64,000 nucleotides of DNA, taken from contig CAVTBR010000003.1 of assembly GCA_963733055.1 (NCBI GenBank), positions 480,001 to 544,000 on the forward strand. The letters run 5' to 3'. A model generated the notes under the pieces. The model saw nothing but the letters and a program-made list of their open reading frames with translations. It had not been told where the DNA came from and ran no database searches. A program made the translations under genes and the position numbers. Positions 57,586 through 64,000 of the stretch are shown here, one piece after another (position 1 is the stretch's first letter; every line of letters starts with the position of its first letter). The DNA comes from Candidatus Bathyarchaeota archaeon. Lineage in GTDB: Archaea; Thermoproteota; Bathyarchaeia; 40CM-2-53-6.

Positions 57586-58344
57586 ATGACATTAATTGTA
57601 ATTGTTTGCGTGCGCGAAGGAATAGTGATCTCAAGCGACAGTCGCGAAATGGCAAACGCGACCTTACATGATGATGAAGGGCCATACAAAGGCGTCCCCA
57701 AGAATATATCAATTGTTCACTCGGACTCAACGTCGAAGATATTTCTGGCACCGAACAACATCGGTATCGCACAACACAACGCTTCTGAAATTGATGGCGT
57801 ACCGGTATCTGAGTATATCGAATCGTTCATTTCTCAAAAACTCGTCGACGGAAAGACGGAGATCGATGAAATCCCTTCTATGTTGATAGATCATTTCAAA
57901 GGTGTAGCAAAGAAGCCTGCGATTTTCTTCTATGCTTGCGGCTACAAACGATCCGGAGATGGCAAAGTCGATCCACAGATATGGCACATTGACCTCCAAC
58001 ATGCAAAGTTTGAGAGAGCCAATCCTCCAAACACCTTCGGTGCGTCATATGCAGGAGAATCAGATATCATTATGCGGCTGACTAAGCCGGTCGCGACATT
58101 AACTAAAGAAGGTAAAGTTGAGACAAAATTCGAACATTGGCCTATCCAATGGCAATCTCTTCCACTGCAAGACGCAATTGACTATGCAATGTTTGCAATT
58201 CGTGTCACTGCGGGTATGATGAGATTCCAGATTAGATCTAAGTCTGTGGGCGGTCCGACAGATGTTCTTGTGATAAAACCTAAGGAAGCGATTTGGTTTG
58301 AGAAAAAGGAACTGAATGCGGGAGACCTACACAAGAGACCTTGA
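57586..58344 (+). CDS. Proteasome-beta-like NTN hydrolase
   Basis: M-T start, GIVISSDSR, SKIF and VGGPTDVLVI motifs. Confidence 0.7.
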   Translation: MTLIVIVCVREGIVISSDSREMANATLHDDEGPYKGVPKNISIVHSDSTSKIFLAPNNIGIAQHNASEIDGVPVSEYIESFISQKLVDGKTEIDEIPSMLIDHFKGVAKKPAIFFYACGYKRSGDGKVDPQIWHIDLQHAKFERANPPNTFGASYAGESDIIMRLTKPVATLTKEGKVETKFEHWPIQWQSLPLQDAIDYAMFAIRVTAGMMRFQIRSKSVGGPTDVLVIKPKEAIWFEKKELNAGDLHKRP

Positions 58345-58516
58345 GAGAACTGCTCCAGTCAGTGTCCATCTCTAGGGAAAGGACAATTTCCGACGCTTGG
58401 CCGAAAAGCGAATAGCGGACAGATGAGTTTCCACAGCATGGGTTTGCACTCAGCGGGAAAATAGTAAGTATGTCTTGCAGTTGTACATCCTAGTCTTGAA
58501 TCCTAGGGTGAAGTAA

Positions 58517-60063
58517 ATGGTTCAAAAGGACAAAGACAACAATCAATCCAACGGAGCTACTCTCGGATTTGAGAGAACGCTCTGGCTAGCTGCCGATAAA
58601 CTACGAAGCAACATGGACGCCGCCGAATACAAGCACGTCGTGCTAGGACTCTTGTTTCTGAAACACATCTCTGACGCTTTCAATGAATTGCACGAAGAAC
58701 TGAAAAAAGATCCAGATGCGGATGCCGAAGACATTGATGAGTATACTTCTAGAAGAATTTTCTGGGTCCCGCCGCAGGCTCGATGGGATTACTTAGCAAA
58801 GAATGCTAAGAGGCCCGACATTGGAATTATCATTGATGAAGCGCTCGACGCTATCGAGAGAAACAACGCGTCCTTGAGAGGTGTTCTCGTCAAGAATTAC
58901 GCAAGACCGGGGCTAAACAAACAGAGGTTAGGCGAGTTAATCGACCTTATCGGAACGATCGGCTTGGGCGATAAGGAGAGCAGAAGCAAAGATGTCCTTG
59001 GGAGAGTTTACGAGTATTTCTTAGGGCAATTTGCGGATGCAGAAGGCAAGAAAGGAGGACAATTCTACACCCCCAGAAGTATAGTCCAGCTTCTAGTCGA
59101 GATGTTAGAACCATTCAAGGGCAGGATACTTGATCCTTGCTGTGGTTCCGGGGGATGTTTGTTCAGAGCGAGAAGTTCGTTGAAGCTCATGGAGGCCGTA
59201 TTACTGACGTTTCTATTTTTGGAGAAGAGAGCAATCAAACCACTTGGCGCTTGTGCAAGATGAACCTCGCTATTCGAGGGATCGACTCTAAGATCGATTG
59301 GGGAGATTCATTTCGGGATGATCAATTCAAAGATTTGAAAGCCGATTTCATCCTCGCGAACCCACCGTTCAATGACAGCGACTGGGGAGGACAACTGTTG
59401 CAGGATGACGTGAAATGGAAGTTTGGAATTCCTCCAATCGGTAACGCGAATTTTGCTTGGGTAGAACATTTCATCCATCATCTTTCCCCTGTCGGTATTG
59501 CTGGCTTTGTTCTTGCCAACGGCTCTATGTCTTCCAATACGTCAAACGAAGGAGACATTCGCAAGAATATTATCGAAGCCGACTTGGTTGACTGCATGGT
59601 AGCTCTGCCGCCGCAATTGTTCTACAACACAATGATACCCGCCTGCCTCTGGTTCGTGGCACGCGACAAAAAGAATCACAAGTTTAGAGACCGGAGTCGA
59701 CAGATTCTCTTCATCGATGCACGCAACCTGGGGATGCTAGTTGATCGAACGCACAGAGAACTCACCAAGGAGGACATCGCGAAAGTTGCGGACACCTATC
59801 ATTCGTGGAGAGGAGAAACTGGCAACAAGTATCAGGATATTCTCGGATTCTGCAAATCTGCCAGTCTCGACGAAGTAAGGAAGGAGCAATGGATTCTCAC
59901 GCCTGGAAGGTACGTTGGAGCAGAGGAAGAAGAAGACGACACGGAACTATTCGATGAGAAAATGAAACGTCTGACATCCGACCTTTCAGCCCAGATGAAG
60001 AGCTCCCAAGAGTTGGATGCAGAGATTAGGGGTAATTTGGAACGGATCGGATATGATGCTTGA
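58517..60063 (+). CDS. hsdM: Type I RM methyltransferase subunit, frameshifted (-1) in the G5 run at 59150-59154
   Basis: [23 protein letters not shown]|MF, ANPPFN and LTPGRYVG motifs; adding one G restores the frame. Confidence 0.9.
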
Positions 60064-61036
60064 GCCAAGAACACTAATCATACTTGATACAAACAAAGTA
60101 AGAGCCAACTTCGAGTGGGAGAGAGATTATTCCAGCTTCGAGCCAAAGGGCGATTTGATCAAAATAATCGACTGGATCGAACAGTATAGACTACAAGGTC
60201 TAGTTGCAGTAGGGCTTCCGGAAATAGTTGTGGAAGAGTTTGTTACTAACAGGTGCGAGAATTTCGACAAAGAACTCGACCGCCTGCGGTTGAGTATCAA
60301 AAAACTTGGCAATTTGTCTTGCTGCGATTTTTCGCGAATCGTGTTGCCAACCGAGCATTTTGATTATCGGCAGTTCGTCAAGAACAAGATAAACGAATTC
60401 ATGGGAACGAAACCGTTTCTCATTATCCTGAAACTTGACGAGGAGAAGGATAGCAAGACCTTGGAGACAGTTACGAAGAAAGCGATCTTCAAGGCGAAAC
60501 CATTCGATGATGACGGAAGAGGATTCAAGGACGCACTGATTTGGGAGACGATCTTAAGTTTCAAAGATATGAACGTGTATCAAAATGTCTTTTTGCTGAC
60601 TGAGGATCACGGATTTGACTTTCTTGAGAAAGAATTTGACAGAACGTTTGCAAAAGATCTGCTTCTTGAGTCTGACACAACGATCTTGACCGTTGAATTG
60701 GAGAAAATCTATGGACTGTACGTTCATTATCCGGAACTCGTCCGTTACCTGAAAACCGAATATTTCAAGTCGAAACTGTCAGAATATCTGGCTGACGAAC
60801 TCGAATTCGATGTAGTCAACTTTGAAGTCAGGCGCATCCTTGCAATAACCGAAGCAACACAAGAGGATTTGAAGAAATTCGACCTTTCCGATGCGTACAC
60901 AGATGATGATCTAACATCATTGAAGAGAGTTGATTTTGCCTTCGAAAATAGCGGACGCGAATTCAGCGCCTCGATGGTCATTGAGCCTGCCGCCAACGAA
61001 ATAATCGCACTCAATCAGGAAGAGGTCAACAAATGA
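60053..61036 (+). CDS. PIN-domain protein inserted in the hsd operon
   Basis: [22 protein letters not shown] and LLTED acidic tetrad; overlaps both hsdM and hsdS. Confidence 0.8.
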   Translation: MMLEPRTLIILDTNKVRANFEWERDYSSFEPKGDLIKIIDWIEQYRLQGLVAVGLPEIVVEEFVTNRCENFDKELDRLRLSIKKLGNLSCCDFSRIVLPTEHFDYRQFVKNKINEFMGTKPFLIILKLDEEKDSKTLETVTKKAIFKAKPFDDDGRGFKDALIWETILSFKDMNVYQNVFLLTEDHGFDFLEKEFDRTFAKDLLLESDTTILTVELEKIYGLYVHYPELVRYLKTEYFKSKLSEYLADELEFDVVNFEVRRILAITEATQEDLKKFDLSDAYTDDDLTSLKRVDFAFENSGREFSASMVIEPAANEIIALNQEEVNK

Positions 61037-62331
61037 AAACAGAGAATATGTTCAATCACACTGAAGTAGGAATGATTCCTAAAGATTGGAAAGTGTCTAA
61101 ACTCGGTGAAGTCGCGGACATCCTAACAGGATTCCCATTTCCAGGAGACAAGTATTCGAACAAAGGAATAAGAGTGGTGCGAGGAGAGAATGTTTCGATA
61201 GGGTTTCTCAGATGGGGCACTGAAAAAAGATGGAATCATAGCCTTGAGGGTCTAGAGAAATATCGTCTCGCGGACTCTGACATCGTTGTTGGTATGGATG
61301 GCTCTAGGGTCGGCCAAAACAGAGCACAGATTAAGAATACCGACTTGCCATTACTGCTCGCTCAGCGAGTTGCTAGAATACGTGCGAAACCGCCGTTAGA
61401 GCAAGGCTTCTTGTATTACGTTATATTCAGCGACAAATTCCCATCTCATGTTGAAGCTGTAAGGACTGGAACTTCTGTTCCGCACATAAGTTCCAAACAA
61501 ATAGGTGAATTGACTCTAGCAATACCGTCTCCCTCTGAGCAACATCTCATCCACAAGATTCTCTCTGATCTTGACTCGAAGATTGAGATCAGTCAACAAA
61601 TGAACGAAACACTTGAAGCTATAATTAGAACTATTTTCAAACATTGGTTTATTGACTTTGAGTTCCCGAATGACAGAGGAGAACCTTACAAATCGGCTCA
61701 GGGAGAAATGACTTACAATGAAGAAATAGAGAGAGCGATTCCAAAGCGATGGAAACTCGGAACCTTAGTGAACTTCTCGGAACTTAATCCTGAGAACTGG
61801 TCGGAAGATAATTCACCAAAAGAAATTAATTATGTTGATTTGTCGAACACGAAGTGGGGAAAAATAGAACAGACCCAAGAGTACCTGTGGAAGGATGCAC
61901 CAAGTCGGGCTCAAAGGATACTTCGGCCCGGCGACACGATTATAGGAACCGTTCGTCCTGGAAATGGCTCCTTTTCGTTAATACTTGAAGAGGGGCTAAC
62001 AGGCAGTACCGGCTTCGCAGCGCTTCGACCGCGCAAGAAAATGTATGAAGAATATGTTTACATGGTTTCGACCGCTCCTGAAAACATAGCGCGGCTCTCT
62101 CGTTTGGCAGATGGCGCTGTGTATCCTGCTGTACGGCCTGACATCGTGCTTGCAACTCGTGCAATTTTGCCGCCCGAGTCATTGATAGAACGTTTTGCAA
62201 AGTTGGTTCATCCGATGATGACTAAGATTGCGCACAATACTAGAGAATCTCGAATTCTTATTGCTCTTCGGGATTCTCTTTTGCCAAAACTCATGTCGGG
62301 GAAGATTAGGGTTCATGTTGAGGTCGAATAG
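61033..62331 (+). CDS. hsdS: Type I RM specificity subunit
   Basis: IPKDWKV..LGE, P...EQ..I..IL..LD.KI and LRDSLLPKLMSG motifs; two TRDs. Confidence 0.92.
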   Translation: MKTENMFNHTEVGMIPKDWKVSKLGEVADILTGFPFPGDKYSNKGIRVVRGENVSIGFLRWGTEKRWNHSLEGLEKYRLADSDIVVGMDGSRVGQNRAQIKNTDLPLLLAQRVARIRAKPPLEQGFLYYVIFSDKFPSHVEAVRTGTSVPHISSKQIGELTLAIPSPSEQHLIHKILSDLDSKIEISQQMNETLEAIIRTIFKHWFIDFEFPNDRGEPYKSAQGEMTYNEEIERAIPKRWKLGTLVNFSELNPENWSEDNSPKEINYVDLSNTKWGKIEQTQEYLWKDAPSRAQRILRPGDTIIGTVRPGNGSFSLILEEGLTGSTGFAALRPRKKMYEEYVYMVSTAPENIARLSRLADGAVYPAVRPDIVLATRAILPPESLIERFAKLVHPMMTKIAHNTRESRILIALRDSLLPKLMSGKIRVHVEVE

Positions 62332-62333
62332 CG

Positions 62334-64000
62334 ATGCCGAAAGCCATACACGAATCAGATGTAGAAGAAAATGTTCTCAAAATTCTTGGAAGCCTGGAGT
62401 ATGAAATCATCAGAGGAGAGAATGAGAATTACCTTCCTGACGGACGTTACGCACTTAGGGCTAGTTTTGCAGATGTCGTCATAATAGAAAGGCTAAGGAA
62501 TTCGCTCAAGAAAATCAACCCATTTGCCGCCGATTCGACAGTTGAGCAAGCGATAAAACAGATATTGCGCACTGAAAGCCAGAAGCTGATAGCGGATAAC
62601 GAGAGCTTTCACAAACTGCTTGTAGACGGGGTAGACGTTCCGATCCAGTCGGAAGGTGAAGAAAGGTATCAGAAAGTTTGCCTCTTTGATTTCAAGAATC
62701 CTAAAAACAACGATTTCTTGGCAGTCAATCAGTTCACGGTAATCGAGAACAATGTCGAGAGACGGCCCGATGTCATTCTGTTTGTAAATGGGATTCCGCT
62801 GCTAATACTTGAGCTGAAGAATCCGGCTGACGAGGACGCCACCATCTGGACAGCGTACGACCAGTTTCAGACCTACGAAGATCAGCTTCCTTCGTTGTTC
62901 AGGTTCAATGAGATTCTAGTGATTAGCGACGGCATAGAGGCAAGGACTGGCACTATAACCTCTGAAAAAGAGAGATTCATGCAGTGGAAGACAATAGATG
63001 GAGAGAAGCCGAAGAAAGGTCTGACAGAGATCGAGATTCTCCTTAGGGGAATATGTGATAAACGCAGGCTTCTAGACATCGCGAGAAATTTCATAGTATT
63101 CGAAAAGGAAAAGGAAACTAAGAAGAAGTTAGCTGCTTATCATCAGTACTGGGCCACAAACAAGGCAGTAGAATCGACAGTAGCGGCGAGGAAGGGAAAC
63201 AAAAAGGCGGGCATAGTATGGCATACGCAAGGCTCGGGTAAATCGCTGACGATGATTTTCTATTCGGGCAAGCTCGTAAGAGAACTGGACAACCCTACTC
63301 TCGTTGTACTGACTGACAGAAACGACTTGGACGATCAGCTGTTCGGCACTTTCGGAAGATGCCAGGATATTCTGAGACAAAAACCAGTACAGGCTGATTC
63401 GAGAAAAGCGCTTCGTGATCTTCTTAGCGTCTCCTCAGGCGGCATAGTGTTCACTACAATACAGAAATTCTTTCCCGAAGGGGATAGGGAAAAACATCCT
63501 CTCTTGTCGGAGAGAGACAATATCGTTGTCATCGCTGACGAAGCCCACAGGAGTCAGTATGGGTTCTCCGCAAAAATTCTGAACAAGAAGGACAAGTCGC
63601 TGATAACCTATGGCTACGCGAAGTACTTGAGAGACGCTCTCCCGAATGCATCGCTTATTGGATTTACAGGGACCCCCATCGAAAAAACTGACCGTTCCAC
63701 TCCTAGAGTTTTCGGGAAATACGTGGACACCTACGACATTGAGCAAGCCGTGCATGACGGTGCTACCGTTACAATATTCTACGAAAGCAGACTTGCTAAA
63801 CTGGAACTCAAGCCCGAAGAACGGCCAAAGATAGACAAAGACTTCGAAGACGTGACCGAAGGCGAAGAGGTAGAAGGCAAGGAGAAACTGAAGAGCAAAT
63901 GGTCAAGAGTTGAGAAAGTCGCTGGTTCGACAACAAGGATTAGCAGAATAGCACAAGACATTGTCAACCATTTCGAAGAGAGGATTTCAGCGCTAGAGGG
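62334..64000 (+). CDS. hsdR: Type I RM restriction subunit (partial, runs off the window)
   Basis: ATG at 62334; in-frame RRPDVILFVNGIPL..ELK, WHTQGSGKS, DEAH and GFTGTP motifs. Confidence 0.93.
   Translation, partial: MPKAIHESDVEENVLKILGSLEYEIIRGENENYLPDGRYALRASFADVVIIERLRNSLKKINPFAADSTVEQAIKQILRTESQKLIADNESFHKLLVDGVDVPIQSEGEERYQKVCLFDFKNPKNNDFLAVNQFTVIENNVERRPDVILFVNGIPLLILELKNPADEDATIWTAYDQFQTYEDQLPSLFRFNEILVISDGIEARTGTITSEKERFMQWKTIDGEKPKKGLTEIEILLRGICDKRRLLDIARNFIVFEKEKETKKKLAAYHQYWATNKAVESTVAARKGNKKAGIVWHTQGSGKSLTMIFYSGKLVRELDNPTLVVLTDRNDLDDQLFGTFGRCQDILRQKPVQADSRKALRDLLSVSSGGIVFTTIQKFFPEGDREKHPLLSERDNIVVIADEAHRSQYGFSAKILNKKDKSLITYGYAKYLRDALPNASLIGFTGTPIEKTDRSTPRVFGKYVDTYDIEQAVHDGATVTIFYESRLAKLELKPEERPKIDKDFEDVTEGEEVEGKEKLKSKWSRVEKVAGSTTRISRIAQDIVNHFEERISALE

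Larger units (their letters stand above)
47885..64000. mobile_element. Second integrative element (runs beyond the window) with replication module, integrase and defence cargo
   Basis: att at the left end; P-loop Rep + iterons + integrase; RM genes. Right boundary not seen. Confidence 0.7.

Noticed and set aside
57586-58344. Housekeeping proteasome beta subunit
   Set aside because: No propeptide or GTTT motif, divergent sequence and a mobile-element context
58486-58510. Imperfect inverted repeat CATCCTAG-N9-CTAGGGTG before hsdM
   Set aside because: No controller protein nearby and the spacing differs from the dif-like sites
186-63967. Numerous 60-180 aa antisense or overlapping ORFs in the track
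   Set aside because: They are shadows of well-supported genes on the other strand or frame, with no motifs or start signals
1-64000. CRISPR array or cas genes
   Set aside because: No regularly spaced repeat-spacer series and no Cas motifs seen

Overview
Archaeal DNA. PEF-CTERM sorting signals, an F420-dependent enzyme, frequent TTG/GTG starts and archaeal-type tyrosine recombinases fit a Bathyarchaeia-like lineage, but that assignment is inference. About 1-17 kb looks like host chromosome: an amino-sugar/sugar-phosphate cluster (3 SIS proteins, 2 PfkB kinases, a BadF-type kinase, an F420 LLM oxidoreductase and a catalytically degenerate HAD), a Zn/Mn ABC transporter with a NikR-like regulator, and MarR/VOC/DUF1801/GNAT genes. 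From about 17.1 kb to the end is a tandem stack of integrated elements, separated by three copies of a tRNA 3'-end (17103, 23169, 47885); the intact tRNA is not in the window. The 24.7-kb middle element carries an integrase, an orphan methylase, a TraG/HerA-like ATPase, a stand-alone deaminase and an extended, membrane-anchored vWA-PP2C-kinase (TerY-P-like) locus with a PLD nuclease and an OB-fold partner. It also holds a two-gene module bracketed by paired Xer/dif-like sites. The right-hand element carries a P-loop replication protein with an internal iteron origin, a second integrase and a defence-like cargo: a J-domain/Zn-finger protein, HEPN-like, GNAT, NucS-like and proteasome-like NTN hydrolase genes, and a type I RM system with an inserted PIN gene. 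Several 1-nt frameshifts may be consensus errors. All assignments come from motif reading by eye; no searches were run.
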